From: an uncultured delta proteobacterium | GTDB taxonomy: Bacteria; Desulfobacterota; RBG-13-43-22 | Direction: 5' to 3' | Assembly: GCA_963711835.1 (NCBI GenBank) | Contig: CAVQFQ010000010.1 | Span: forward strand, 32,001 to 96,000 | Length of the DNA stretch: 64,000 nt | Shown here: in pieces, positions 1-12,500 of the stretch | Layout: each line of letters begins with the position of its first letter | How positions within the stretch are numbered: the first letter of the stretch is position 1 | Notes under the pieces: model-generated | Database searches by the model: none | What the model was told of the DNA's origin: nothing | Seen by the model: only the letters and a program-made list of their open reading frames with translations | Made by a program: the position numbers and the translations under genes

Positions 1-1321
<1,321 letters not shown>

Positions 1322-1365
1322 TTACGATAAACCTCCTCTAAAGGGTTTTACCTGTTCGGCAAATC

Positions 1366-2235
1366 TTATTTCTTTAAGGCCTCAGCCCCGCCGACGATAT
1401 CCATCAGCTCCTTGGTAATGGCGCTTTGGCGGGCCTTATTATAGACCAAGCTCAAAGTATTGATCAGTTCTTTGCAGTTTCGAGTGGCGTTATCCATGGC
1501 GGTCATGCGGGCGGCCTGTTCACTGGCCGCGTTTTCCAGCATGCCCCGGTAAATCTGGACATTGATGTAGCGGGGCAGCAGCTCCTGGAAAATCCCTTCC
1601 GCCGAGGGCTCGTACAGATATTCCAGGGCCGGGCCGGCCTCCCCTTCCTGCTTTAAGGGGGCAATGGGAAGCAGCCTCAGCATCTTGGGCCGTTGGATGC
1701 CCATATTGATAAACTCCCCATAGATGAGATAGACCTCATCTGAACCGCCCATCAGGAAATTTTCCATCACGTCCTGGCCGATGCCGTTGGCGGTAATCAT
1801 ATCAAAGGAGGCATAGATATCAGCAAAGCTGGAACGGACTTTATGTTTCCGGCGTCGGTAATAATCGGACCCTTTTTTACCGACCGGGACCAGGGCTACT
1901 TCCAATTGCTCGCGGGTTTTGGCCTTGATGAATTTTTCACCGGCATTGATCAGGTTGACGTTGAAGCTGCCGCACAATCCCCGGTCGGACGTCAGGCTGA
2001 TCAACTCCACTTTTTTTACCGGACGTTGGGCCATCAAGGGGAAGGCCTCGGGATCAATTCGAGAAGAGAGGTTATTGATAACCTCCAAAAATTTGGAGGC
2101 ATAAGGGCGAAAATTTTCCATCCGCATCTGGGCCCCCCGCAGTTTGGACGCCGCCACCATATTCATGGCCTTGGTGATCTGCTGGGTCTTCTTTACCGCC
2201 CCGATCTTTCTTCTGATATCTCGAAGTGTCGCCAT
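1366..2235 (-). CDS. atpG: ATP synthase subunit gamma
   Basis: MATLRDIRRKI...SDRGLCG...ARMTAMDNAT...ITKELMDIVGGAEAL. Confidence 0.98.
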   Translation of the reverse strand: MATLRDIRRKIGAVKKTQQITKAMNMVAASKLRGAQMRMENFRPYASKFLEVINNLSSRIDPEAFPLMAQRPVKKVELISLTSDRGLCGSFNVNLINAGEKFIKAKTREQLEVALVPVGKKGSDYYRRRKHKVRSSFADIYASFDMITANGIGQDVMENFLMGGSDEVYLIYGEFINMGIQRPKMLRLLPIAPLKQEGEAGPALEYLYEPSAEGIFQELLPRYINVQIYRGMLENAASEQAARMTAMDNATRNCKELINTLSLVYNKARQSAITKELMDIVGGAEALKK

Positions 2236-2257
2236 AAGGATTGACTTTCTTTAGTAT

Positions 2258-2326
2258 GCGCTTTCGGCTTTCGGCGGTCAGCACCCAAGCGCTTTAGCTG
2301 ATTACCGACCGCTGACGGCTGATCGC
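2258..2326. repeat. Intergenic degenerate 7-mer repeat array in inverted arrangement
   Basis: gctttcggctttcggcggtcagc ... gctgattaccgaccgctgacggctgatcgc between atpA and atpG. Confidence 0.6.
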
Positions 2327-2327
2327 T

Positions 2328-3845
2328 TTATTTCAGTTGAGCCAGAAATTGGGTTTTGAACTCGCCGAGGGCCTTTTTCATCCGCTCTTCCAGATCCGGG
2401 CTGATCTCTTTCTTATCCTTAATCTCGGAGAAGATTTCCGGATGCTTGGATTCCACGTAAGAAAGCATTTGCGGTTCAAAATCTTTCAGGGAATCAATCG
2501 CTAAGTCATCCAGGAAACCCCGGGACCCGGCAAAGAGGACGGTAATCATCTTTTCCATGGGTATGGGCTGGTATTGGGGCTGCTTCAGGATCTCCACCAT
2601 CCGGACCCCGCGGTTGATCTGGGCCTGGGTGGATTTATCCAATTCACTGCCGAACTGGGCAAAGGCGGCCAATTCGCGGTATTGGGCCAGGTCCATGCGC
2701 AGGCTGGCGGCCACCTGTTTCATGGCCTTGACCTGGGCGTTGCCGCCGACCCGGGAGACGGAAAGACCGACGTTAATGGCCGGACGGACCCCGGAGAAGA
2801 ACAGGTTCGGCTCCAGATAAACCTGGCCGTCGGTAATGGAAATGACGTTGGTTGGAATATAGGCCGAGACGTCGCCGGCCTGGGTTTCGATGATCGGCAA
2901 GGCCGTCAGACTGCCTCCACCCAAATCTTCCCGCATCTTAGCGGCCCGTTCCAGCAGCCGGGAATGGTTGTAGAAGATGTCGCCCGGGAAGGCCTCCCGC
3001 CCCGGGGGGCGACGAAGAAGCAGGGATAATTGCCGGTAGGCCACGGCCTGCTTGGAAAGGTCGTCATAAATAACCAGGGCATGCCGGCCGGTATCCCGGA
3101 AATATTCGCCCATGGTGCACCCGGCAAAAGCCGCCACGTACTGCATGGGGGCCGGGTCGCTGGCACAGGCGGCCACCACTACGGTTTTATCCATTACCCC
3201 ATGGCGCCGCAGGGCCTCAACCACCTGGGCCACGGTGGATTTTTTCTGGCCGATGGCTACATAGATGCAGTAAATATCGGAATCCTTCTGGTTGATGATG
3301 GCATCGACGCAAAGGGCGGTCTTGCCGATCTGGCGGTCGCCGATGATCAGTTCCCGCTGTCCCCGGCCGATAGGGGTCATGGCATCGATGGCCTTGTAGC
3401 CGGTGTACATCGGTTCTTTAACGGGCTGGCGCTCGATGACCCCGGGGGCCTTCAATTCGATCTTCCGGAATTCCTTGGCATTGAGGGGGCCTTTGCCGTC
3501 AATCGGCAGGCCCACGGAATCGATTACCCGGCCCAGAACGGCCTCTCCGACCGGCACCTCGGCGATACGGCCGGTCCTTTTTACGGTATCCCCCTCTTTG
3601 ATATGGTAGTCCTCCCCCAGGACGGCGCAACCGACATTGTCTTCCTCCAGGTTAAGGGCAATGCCGTAGATACCTCCTGGAAACTCGAGCAGTTCCATGG
3701 CCATGGTATTCTCAACGCCATAGACCCGGGCGATACCGTCGCCGACTGAAAGGACGATGCCGGTTTCACTGAGCTCTACCTTTTTATCAAAATCTTGAAT
3801 CTGCTGCCTGATAATCTGACTAATTTCTTCGGCTCTAATTTCCAT
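2328..3845 (-). CDS. atpA: ATP synthase subunit alpha
   Basis: [30 protein letters not shown] motifs, 505 aa. Confidence 0.98.
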   Translation of the reverse strand: MEIRAEEISQIIRQQIQDFDKKVELSETGIVLSVGDGIARVYGVENTMAMELLEFPGGIYGIALNLEEDNVGCAVLGEDYHIKEGDTVKRTGRIAEVPVGEAVLGRVIDSVGLPIDGKGPLNAKEFRKIELKAPGVIERQPVKEPMYTGYKAIDAMTPIGRGQRELIIGDRQIGKTALCVDAIINQKDSDIYCIYVAIGQKKSTVAQVVEALRRHGVMDKTVVVAACASDPAPMQYVAAFAGCTMGEYFRDTGRHALVIYDDLSKQAVAYRQLSLLLRRPPGREAFPGDIFYNHSRLLERAAKMREDLGGGSLTALPIIETQAGDVSAYIPTNVISITDGQVYLEPNLFFSGVRPAINVGLSVSRVGGNAQVKAMKQVAASLRMDLAQYRELAAFAQFGSELDKSTQAQINRGVRMVEILKQPQYQPIPMEKMITVLFAGSRGFLDDLAIDSLKDFEPQMLSYVESKHPEIFSEIKDKKEISPDLEERMKKALGEFKTQFLAQLK

Positions 3846-3847
3846 AT

Positions 3848-4399
3848 TTAGATACCCTCACCCCTTCTTAAGGATTCTTTTAAACTCTTAAGTTGAGTTC
3901 GCAAACTGCCGTCCAGGGTCAAATCTCCCACCTGGGCGACGATGCCGCCCAGGATGGCAGGATCCTGGTTGACGGTGATAATGACTTCTTTTTGAACCGC
4001 GGCTTTTAAAGCCGCCTGAATTCTTTGAATAATATCGTCGGTGAGCTGGATGGCGGTGGTGACCACGGCCCGTTTGATATTGGACAGTTCATCGGTTAAT
4101 TGGCTATAGATGGTCCCAATATCTTCCAGGTAGCGGATACGACCCTTGGTCATCAGGAGTTGGATGAAATTTTTCATGGTTTGCGACAGGCCGCTCTTCT
4201 CCAGAATCAGACCCAGCAGCTTGCCCCGACTGGCCGCATCATACGTGGGGCTCTGCAGGATCTCCCGGACCCGGGCTTCTTGTTTTAAAAAGCCGCTGAA
4301 GACCTTCAGCTCTTCGCCGTACTGGAGGTATTTACCATCTTCCTGCCCCAGGGAGAGCAGGGCCTTGGCGTACCTTCTGGAAATAGTGAAGTCTCTCAA
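3848..4399 (-). CDS. atpH: ATP synthase subunit delta
   Basis: [23 protein letters not shown]; position before atpA. Confidence 0.95.
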   Translation of the reverse strand: MRDFTISRRYAKALLSLGQEDGKYLQYGEELKVFSGFLKQEARVREILQSPTYDAASRGKLLGLILEKSGLSQTMKNFIQLLMTKGRIRYLEDIGTIYSQLTDELSNIKRAVVTTAIQLTDDIIQRIQAALKAAVQKEVIITVNQDPAILGGIVAQVGDLTLDGSLRTQLKSLKESLRRGEGI

Positions 4400-5056
4400 T
4401 TAATGGGTCACCACCTTTGCTAAGTATTCACCGATCAATATTTTTTGATCATTTTCGGTGATGTTCTTCTTCAGGATGTCTTCGGCCATCTTTACCGATA
4501 AATCGGCCATCTCTTCCCGGAGGGATTGATTGGCCTTCTGGATTTCCTGCTGGATGGTTATCTGGGCCTGCTCGACGATGCGTGAGGCCACCTTCTGGGC
4601 GTTGTCGATGATTTTTTGTTTTTCCTTTTCTCCTTCGGCCTTAAAATCAGCCAGGAGCGTTTCTTTTTCATCCTTTAAGGAAGAGAGCCTTTTTTCCAAG
4701 GCCTGGTATTCCCTTTTGGCTTCCTCTTTTTTGGCTTCCAACTCCTGGAGCTCTTTTTCGATGGTCTCGCGGCGGTTGGCCATAGCTTGTTTCACGGGCT
4801 TCTTGAGCAGGAAAATCAGGACTAAAAAGAAAAGGATGAAATTGATGGACCTGAAAAGGAGGTCCTTCAATCTGGCCGGTGACTCGCCCCCGCCGGCCGC
4901 TGCTCCATGTCCGGCAGCTCCCCCCTCCCCTCCGGAAGAGGCATAGACCAGCCCTCCATAAACGACCAGCAGAAGAAGGACAGGCAGGCTTTTTAAGAAA
5001 TAGTGAACCACCGTACGGGAAAAGGATTTTGAAGCATCATGAGAAAGACTGGGCAT
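4400..5056 (-). CDS. atpF: ATP synthase F0 subunit b
   Basis: TM segment RSINFILFFLVLIFLLKKP plus coiled coil; operon position; start uncertain. Confidence 0.9.
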   Translation of the reverse strand: MPSLSHDASKSFSRTVVHYFLKSLPVLLLLVVYGGLVYASSGGEGGAAGHGAAAGGGESPARLKDLLFRSINFILFFLVLIFLLKKPVKQAMANRRETIEKELQELEAKKEEAKREYQALEKRLSSLKDEKETLLADFKAEGEKEKQKIIDNAQKVASRIVEQAQITIQQEIQKANQSLREEMADLSVKMAEDILKKNITENDQKILIGEYLAKVVTH

Positions 5057-5481
5057 TAAATCGTCCTCCCTAAGATCTTTTGAGCTATTTCCTGGGAGAA
5101 GGAGCTCACCTCAGCGGAGAGTTTCCGGCGGGCAGCCTCAACTTGTTGAACAATTTTCTGTCTGTTTTGGTCCAGTTGGGCATCCACCTGCTGACCGGCT
5201 TCCTGGAGAACCTTTTTCTCCTCTTCCTGGCCGGCCAATTTAAGTTGATTTTTATATTCGAAGCCTTCTTTCCTGGCCAGTTGTAACTGGTTCTGGTAGT
5301 CCTGGTCTTTTTGGACCATATCGGCCCTGGCTTTATTGGCCTCGGCCTCTAAAGAGGCTATCTTTTCGGCTCTGTTTTTTAAAATGGTTCGAATCGGTTT
5401 GTAAAGGAGGGTGTTCAGGATTAACATCAATAGGAGCACGTTGATGATCTGGAAAATAAGGGATTGGTTGATTTCAATCAT
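5056..5481 (-). CDS. ATP synthase F0 subunit b'
   Basis: MIEINQSLIFQIINVLLLMLILNTLLYKPI...IAQKILGR; first gene of operon. Confidence 0.9.
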   Translation of the reverse strand: MIEINQSLIFQIINVLLLMLILNTLLYKPIRTILKNRAEKIASLEAEANKARADMVQKDQDYQNQLQLARKEGFEYKNQLKLAGQEEEKKVLQEAGQQVDAQLDQNRQKIVQQVEAARRKLSAEVSSFSQEIAQKILGRTI

Positions 5482-5548
5482 CTTTTCAGCCTTTCCTGCC
5501 AATAAGAGTGATTAATTCGGGAGTATATAACGGGTGTTCGGAAGAAAT

Positions 5549-5611
5549 TAATGATTTTTTTCACACATAGCAAACAGAAGCCTTCTTATCGTATTTTTAG
5601 CCCCATGTCAA
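5549..5611 (-). promoter_or_regulatory. Putative sigma70 promoter of atp operon with downstream Rex-like box
   Basis: Minus strand TTGACA-N17-TAAGAA; TAATGATTTTTTTCACAC (5549-5566) matches 10/14 of TTGTGAAnnnnTTCACAA. Confidence 0.45.
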
Positions 5612-5754
5612 AGGTTTTTTTGAAAAAAGTTAATAAAAACGGTTCTTCTCCCAACACGTTGGGAAAAGGGGGCGAGGATTCGGGGATTCAAGAGGTAAGA
5701 GTTGACCTGTTTTGTTTTAACCATTCGTATTTGTTGCTTATTTCACGTGAATCC

Positions 5755-6801
5755 TTAAATTTTCTGATCAACCCCGTAAATCGCTTTTACTTCGGACCTC
5801 ATTGAATCCAGATAGCGTCTCGCTTCCTCGGGCGGCAGGGCTTCCAGGCGGCCGTCCTCCCGCTGGACGACCATCCCGCTTTCGGTGAGCAGCTTGTGGC
5901 GGCGAAGGCGCACCTCCTTGTCGGGGTGACAAACGAGCTGGCAGTTTCCGCAGGTCAGCAGGAGCTTTTTTCGCATCATGACCTGATACTGGCCGCCCTC
6001 TATCTCCGGCCATTGGCTGTAGGCCTTGAACCCGGGAAGGAAGGCGGCTGCGATGTTATCATCGGTCTCGGGAATGGCCCATCGGCCGGGCGACCAGGAC
6101 GACCATTTCCCCGACGGGTGCAGCCCGCTGAATCCCCCGCAGACGAACTGGCAACGGAGTTGGCTGCGGCGCCTGGAGTAAGCGTATTTTCGCCCGCCTA
6201 AATTTACCGAATCCTTTTCCTCCCGGTCCATAAATCCCGAGGCGCAGGAAGCCAGACAAAGACGGCACTCATCGCAATAGTTGTCCTCTTCAGGGAGAGG
6301 GTCGGTCGGGTCGAATTCCCCGGCGGTGACTACCGCCCCCAGGATCACCGAGGCCCCTGCCAACCGGGTGATGACGTTGCCTGAAAACCCGAAATGGGCA
6401 ATCCCGGCCCGGACCGCCAGGTAACGCAACGAGATGTCGGGGATCATGGTCCCGGTTTTCAGCGCTTCCGGCCGATAGACATTGTTGGATGAGACCGGAA
6501 CGGCCTTACAGCCTCGTTGCCGCAGGAAGTCCGCCAGTCCAAGGGCGATGCCGCCGGCCAGGTAATTGGTCCGGAAATTGTCCTGTTCATGGGACAGGCG
6601 GTCCTTTTTGCCGAGAAAAGGTTCGATCAGGGTTTGATCCAGCGGAACGGCAAAGACCACGGCGGACCTGGCACCGGGCAGGACGTAAGTCAAATCCGTG
6701 GAGGGCGGGCCTCCGGCCAAGGTTTCGCTGGTGGCGATTCCCACGGCGCAGGCCCCGGCGCCGAGGGGATAATCCAGGGCAATAGCTCTCAATTTATCCA
6801 T
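5755..6801 (-). CDS. Epoxyqueuosine reductase/reductive dehalogenase-like cobalamin Fe-S protein
   Basis: VGIA, LPGARSAVVFA, SLRYLAVRAGIAHFG, CDECRLCLASC and CGNCQLVC Fe-S motifs; ATG 6801 preferred. Confidence 0.75.
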   Translation of the reverse strand: MDKLRAIALDYPLGAGACAVGIATSETLAGGPPSTDLTYVLPGARSAVVFAVPLDQTLIEPFLGKKDRLSHEQDNFRTNYLAGGIALGLADFLRQRGCKAVPVSSNNVYRPEALKTGTMIPDISLRYLAVRAGIAHFGFSGNVITRLAGASVILGAVVTAGEFDPTDPLPEEDNYCDECRLCLASCASGFMDREEKDSVNLGGRKYAYSRRRSQLRCQFVCGGFSGLHPSGKWSSWSPGRWAIPETDDNIAAAFLPGFKAYSQWPEIEGGQYQVMMRKKLLLTCGNCQLVCHPDKEVRLRRHKLLTESGMVVQREDGRLEALPPEEARRYLDSMRSEVKAIYGVDQKI

Positions 6802-7100
6802 AAGAACGGTTTCCTTTCTTGAAGGTTCTCCATTAAATAGGGGAGTGTCCCCGAGTTTCACCGAGTTTCCATTAGTTCAGTCGGCGAGGATGATAAGGAG
6901 AAGGTGAGTTGCAGATTGGCTGCGCACTCATTACAAAATTTAGCCTTTTCGGGATTCTCCTGTCCGCACAGGGGACATCGCATGGGATTATTTCCCTTAA
7001 AACGTTCTAAATTGATTGCAACCGGTTAAAGAAATGCCGCCTGAATAGCCAGGTCCATTAATCGTCCAATTTGCAATTAAATTGCATCTTAGACGATACC

Positions 7101-8288
7101 TTATAAGCCGGAAATTTTTCTTTTGGTTGTAAAGACCTCCCGCGCCTTGTCCCAGCTCAGGACCCGTCCCTGGCTTCTAACTTCTTTTTTGGCGCCGGCA
7201 TAGATTAGAAATCCTTGACTGGGCTCGCCCCGGGAAAGCCGGTTCCAGTAATTAAGCCCATCAAAAAAACCGGAGGCTATGGTTTCTCCTGATTTAATCT
7301 CCACCGGAACCAGGCGGTCCCCAAAATCGAGGAGGCAGTCAATTTCATGTCCGACCTTGTCTCTCCAGTAATAACAGTTGGGTTCCAGGCCGCGATGACT
7401 TCGATACTTGACCAATTCGGAAATGATCAGAGACTCGAAAAGACTGCCCTTTAAATAATGGGTTTGAACCTGATCCGGGTTTTCGATTCCCAAGAGATAA
7501 CAAGCCAGTCCGGTGTCATAGAAATAGAGCTTCGGCATTTTAATGAGGCGTTTATTAAAGTTGCGGAAGTGGGGTTGAAGCAGAAATACCAGGTAGCTGC
7601 TTTCCAGCAAGGAAATCCAGGACCGGGCGGTATTGGGGCTAATACCGCTATCCATAGCCAGGGAACTCACATTCAGCACCTGCCCGATCCGCCCGGCGCA
7701 GAGGCGTACAAATTTCTGAAACAGCCCCAGGTCGGGGATGTTTTTTATTAAACGGAGATCCCTTTCCAGGTAGGTTTGAACATAGCTTCTATACCAATCG
7801 GTCGGCGAAACGGGCTGGGCAACCAGCCGGGGATAAAAACCACGGAAAAGAAGGCCTTTATACTTCCCGAAGCCGGTCTTTCCCTTAGGCAGTTCTTCCA
7901 GGCTCAAAGGAAGAAGCTTCAGGACGGCAGTGCGGCCGGCCAGCGACTGAGAAATTTTTTCGTGGAGCAGAAAATTCTGGGAGCCGGATAATACATACTG
8001 ACCCGGACGGTTGTGCCGGTCCACCACTCCCTGCAGATAGGAAAATAAGGTCGGAACGCGCTGGGCCTCGTCGATCACCACCCGCCGGGAATACGTGGAC
8101 AGGAACCCCCGGGGATCGTGCTCGGCGAACTCCCGGTTATCCAACTCCTCCAGGGAGACATAGTCCCAATCAGGGAAAGCCTGCTGCACCAGGGTTGTTT
8201 TTCCCGATTGACGGGGTCCGGTCAGAGTGACCACCGGGAACTGCCTGGAGAGGGCCACCAATTTTCCTTCTAAAATCCGTTTGATCAT
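7101..8288 (-). CDS. AAA+ ATPase, AAA_14/DUF4143 family
   Basis: GPRQSGKT, VVIDEAQR, LSGSQ, SLAGR, PKLYFYDTGL, EIDCLL...PVEIKS. Confidence 0.9.
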   Translation of the reverse strand: MIKRILEGKLVALSRQFPVVTLTGPRQSGKTTLVQQAFPDWDYVSLEELDNREFAEHDPRGFLSTYSRRVVIDEAQRVPTLFSYLQGVVDRHNRPGQYVLSGSQNFLLHEKISQSLAGRTAVLKLLPLSLEELPKGKTGFGKYKGLLFRGFYPRLVAQPVSPTDWYRSYVQTYLERDLRLIKNIPDLGLFQKFVRLCAGRIGQVLNVSSLAMDSGISPNTARSWISLLESSYLVFLLQPHFRNFNKRLIKMPKLYFYDTGLACYLLGIENPDQVQTHYLKGSLFESLIISELVKYRSHRGLEPNCYYWRDKVGHEIDCLLDFGDRLVPVEIKSGETIASGFFDGLNYWNRLSRGEPSQGFLIYAGAKKEVRSQGRVLSWDKAREVFTTKRKISGL

Positions 8289-8383
8289 AACGAAAGCTTA
8301 TCCCGTAATGGACATATTGTCAACCTGATTGCAAATTTGTCCAAACATCACCGAGCGACCATTCAATTCTCCCGGCAATGCGG

Positions 8384-8565
8384 GTTATCCACCCCCTCGC
8401 ACCCGTTCCAGTTGCTCCAGGTCCCATTCCAGGTCCATCTCCCGGAACAGCTTCTCGGCCTTGTCCAGGTATTCCCTGGCCTTGATGCCATTGAGTTCCC
8501 CTGGTATTTACTCTGCGGCTCCACAGTCGACAGCCTGCCTCCATGTATGCCCGGGCAAGATCGGG
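8384..8565 (-). pseudogene. Frameshifted C-terminal remnant of a TPR-type protein (resembles tails of adenylate/guanylate cyclase-AAA-TPR proteins)
   Basis: Stitching three frames gives PDLARAYMEAGCRL/EPQSKYQ/ELNGIKAREYLDKAEKLFREMDLEWDLEQLERV*; no upstream gene body. Confidence 0.5.
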
Positions 8566-8639
8566 AGGGGCATTGCTGGACCATGGGGTTTTCTGATATC
8601 TTTTGAAATATTGTCCCCAAAATTCATAGCCTGATCAGC

Positions 8640-8684
8640 TTGACAAAAAAATAATATAATGTATACTAATGGTGTATACATTAT
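8640..8684 (+). promoter_or_regulatory. vapBC promoter and autoregulatory operator
   Basis: TTGACA (8640) ... TATACT; perfect 11-bp inverted repeat ATAATGTATAC-N7-GTATACATTAT. Confidence 0.75.
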
Positions 8685-8696
8685 CGGGGGTGTGAT

Positions 8697-8936
8697 ATGG
8701 TACGAACTCAGATATACCTGACAGAGCGCCAGCGAAACGAATTGGCCGCTATCGCCAAGACCGCGGGTAAGAAACAAAGCGAGCTTATCCGAGAGGCCGT
8801 CGATCAACTTATCGATCAGGCGGGCCTCAATCGGCGGGAGGCGGTATTGCGAGAGGCTGCGGGAATCTGGAAGGACCGCAGGGATCTTCCTGATTTCAAG
8901 GCAACGCGGGCAGAATGGAACAGGAACGGATCATGA
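8697..8936 (+). CDS. CopG/ribbon-helix-helix antitoxin (VapB-like)
   Basis: MVRTQIYLT...KQSELIREAVD...AAGIWKDR; overlaps start of PIN gene. Confidence 0.85.
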   Translation: MVRTQIYLTERQRNELAAIAKTAGKKQSELIREAVDQLIDQAGLNRREAVLREAAGIWKDRRDLPDFKATRAEWNRNGS

Positions 8937-9317
8937 CCGGGGCGATCCTTCTTGATACGGATGTTCTGGTTGATTTTCTCCGCGGATACAGCAAGGCAGT
9001 GGCCTTCGTTAACACCAACGCTGATCGGATCATCCTGTCAGCCATTGTCGTTGCCGAGCTTTATGCCGGAGTGAAGGGAGATGTGGAACAGACTGCTTTG
9101 GAAGATTTTGTCTCCCTCTTTCGTGTTGTCCCGGTAGATGCCGAAATTGCGAAAATTGGGGGGCTCTGTAAACGTGATTACGGCAAATCACACGGCGTCG
9201 GCCTTGCAGACGGCATCTCTAGCGGCAACCGCCGAGGCCTGGAATGCGGAACTGAAGACCCTCAACATCAAACACTATCCCATGTTGAAGGGCCTAAGGC
9301 CGGCCTTCGCGAAATAG
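8933..9317 (+). CDS. vapC: VapC/PIN toxin with 1-bp insertion near 9216
   Basis: ILLDTDVLVD, VVAELYAG, GLADGI then shifted frame LAATAEAWNAELKTLNIKHYPM*. Confidence 0.8.
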
Positions 9318-9397
9318 AAGCCCAATGCGGCCTGACCCATTCCGCCCAGTGACCCCACCAAGCCATTTGTTAACGATATTATAATCCTCCAATTGAT

Positions 9398-9423
9398 TAA
9401 GAGTCAAGAGCAGACTTGACCCC
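9398..9423 (+). repeat. REP-like 26-bp motif, copy 1
   Basis: TAAGAGTCAAGAGCAGACTTGACCCC; 25/26 identical to 14404-14429. Confidence 0.8.
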
Positions 9424-9510
9424 ATTAATTTCAGTTAGAGATGGCTTAAAGAATAAAGATCGTCGGGATAATCGGTTGGAATAGAAAGAAACGATAGGTA
9501 TCTTTGGTAC

Positions 9511-12500
9511 ATGAGAGACGACTTTAGCCTGAAAACTAAGGAAGAGTTGGCACACCGCGCAGGGTACAGGTGCTCGAAGCCTGATTGCGGAATACCGACG
9601 AGAGGAGCCGCGTCCGATGACCAAGGAACGATCAACATAGGTTTTGCAGCCCACATAACTGGCGCTTCCCCTAAAGGGCCACGTTTCGTTTCGACCTTAA
9701 CGAGCGATCAGCGCAAACACCATACAAACGGTATCTGGCTCTGCGGGACTCACGCGAAGCTGGTTGATTCCGATGAGGCGCATTTTACAGTCGAAGAGTT
9801 AGTTTCCTGGAAGAAAATGGCCGAACGCAGGTCTTTCCTGGAGGTTGTTTCCTGCAAACCGAGTCCAGTCGGAGCCCTACTTGCGGATAATGGAGATGTT
9901 CAAACGGCTGTCGATCTGCTTATTGACTACTCCAAGTTAGACTTATCGGCCTTCAAGCGGATGCCTGGGTGGCCGTCACATGCCATAGCTCTTGCTCTCA
10001 AGATGGTTGATTGTGAGAGCGCAGATGTATTCACGGCTTCCGGCCTTGCCTCAGCGATTGAGGTATTTGATGAAATCGCTGTAATAGCTCCGCCCGGGAC
10101 TGGAAAGACAACGACGCTTCTGCAAGTGACGGAAGCAATTCTTAACAACGCCTCTTCCGTCGCTGCATTTGTTCCACTGAGTGAGTGGTCAACCCGTTCC
10201 GACACCTTCTTCCAGTCGCTCCTCCGACGAGCGTCGTTTCGGGATGCGAGAGAACGTCAATTGGAGCTGCTCGCCGGGCGTGGAAGGTTGGTGCTTATTC
10301 TGGATGGATGGAATGAGCTGGATGTAGCATCCAAGCGACGTGTGCGTAACGACATTAAGTCTCTCCGGCGAGATTTCCCCGACATACGTCTGGTTGTCAG
10401 TTCAAGGCATAAGGACTTTGATATCCCGATCAATGGACCTGTTGTCGAAGTAGAACGTTCTGTCAGAAGAACAGCAACTGGATATCGCGAAGGCGCTACG
10501 TGGTTCGGATGGGGTATCTCTGATGGACCACGCTTGGCGAACGCCCGGTCTCAGGGAATTGGTGGCGATCCCGCTTTACCTGACAGCCTTGCTGAAACGA
10601 GCACCAGGAGGTTCTCTTCCGACAACCAAGGAAGAAGTGTTGCGATCCTTTGTCATGGAACTGGAGAAAGATCACGGATAAATTGGCAACGCTTCGAGAA
10701 GTACTCCAAGGCTTCCATAGTGATTTTCTGGAAGCCATAGCTGGTGAAGCCACGCGTCGGAAGACTGTAGCGCTTTCCGAAGCCCAGGCCCGAGCCGTGG
10801 TCAACACTGTGCAAGAGCGTCTCAGGGCCGACAAGCAAATCGCGCAGCTTCTTCAACCTATGAATGTGCTTGACGCACTAGTGAATGCGCATATGCTCGT
10901 TCGATCAGGCGCAGAATCGGGCGGCGTATCGTTCCAGCACCAGCAATTTCAGGAATGGTATGCATCGTTCTGGGTACAGCAACTGATGCTTTTTGCGTGT
11001 CGGGTGATAGCGACGCCAAGAAGACGTTGAGAGAAGATGTGCTTGACGTTCCTATTTGGGAAGAGGCGGTCCTTTTTGCATGTGAACGTCTATCACGTGC
11101 GGATCAAGGCAGCTTACGGGCTGTGGCAAGCGCTATTCTTGAAACACTAGGAATCGATCCGTCTACTTTCAGCGGAAATGATCTATCGGTCATCTGACGA
11201 AGTGTGGGAGCATGTCGAAACGATGTCATGTCCTTTGCCGGAAAATGGCACACCGAAGGGCGCGTGGACCGAGCCGTACAGTTTATGATTGACACAGGCC
11301 GGGCTGAGTTTTCGCGATATATTTGGCCTTTGATTTCAGACTCCAGACGACCAGATACATCTTCACGCGCTGCGGTCTGGACGGATATTTCGGATGAGCG
11401 TCCTTGGTTCCGATGCGCAGCAACGAATCGCTAGCGCTTCCCGAGGAAGTGAGGGTGAACGTAGTTGTCAGAGATCGCCAGCAATGGCGGCATGGACGGT
11501 ATCGAGTTTGCTACTCTCCTGGCCAAGAACGATGCGAGTTCAGAGGTCAAGAAGTCCGTTGTCGAATCTCTGTTGTTCAGACGCGCGGATCGCTTCGCAA
11601 AAGATATTCTCAAGACCTGCTCCTGATGAGGTTTGGCGTTCCCTGGCCAGAAACTGGTACCCTCATGAATTCGCTGATCCGCAAGTGTCGGCACGGATGG
11701 AAAAGGAAGCTACGGACCTTCTTGTTGCCGAAACCGATCCTCGCCAAATCCTGAATATGCTCTTGAGATCAAATGTTCGCGACCCCGAAACGGGTACGAA
11801 GGTTCGTAGAACTTATTGAGAAAATCGATTTTTCGGTTAAGGCGCAGGACAACGCGTGGCTCGTTCATCGAGCGTATGAGCTATACCCGGAGGATGTAGT
11901 CGGTGCGTTCGTGTCGCTGCTTGAGAGTGGCAAGCCAGTGCCTTCCGGAACCGACGAATTGTTGAAGACATCCGATTTAGTCATTGACGAGGGGCCGCTT
12001 GTAGAACGTGTGTTACGCAGTTCGGGAGAGGATAGGGGAGCGGAATCGGCGGTTAGTATTATTGGGCCGAAAACCATCGGTCAACTCATCGATCAGATAT
12101 TCAGAATACACGGCAGGATAAAAGAAAACAACGGCAAATACGATAAGGCACTGAGCGATGAGTATCACAGGCTGTGCCACTGGATTTCGAATACCAAAGC
12201 CGATTCATTCATTCAGTCTGTTCTTGAACATGCAGCAACTGAGAGAGCCAGACGAAATTGCCTTACTATCTGACCTCATATCCCGGCATGGAGGGAGCGT
12301 CGAACGTCAACCACTCGAACTTGACGCCACTGCTCATGACCATGCGACCGCTGCCGTCCTGCGTTGGGCACAAACCCTCCTCGCCTCCCCCGAGGCTACT
12401 CGTGCACAATTCGCTGATATAGCGCAAGCCGCAGAACGACTTGGATCACCTGCGCTCGTGCCTGTACTTCAGGAACTGCTGTCAGAAGACCTGAAACGGC

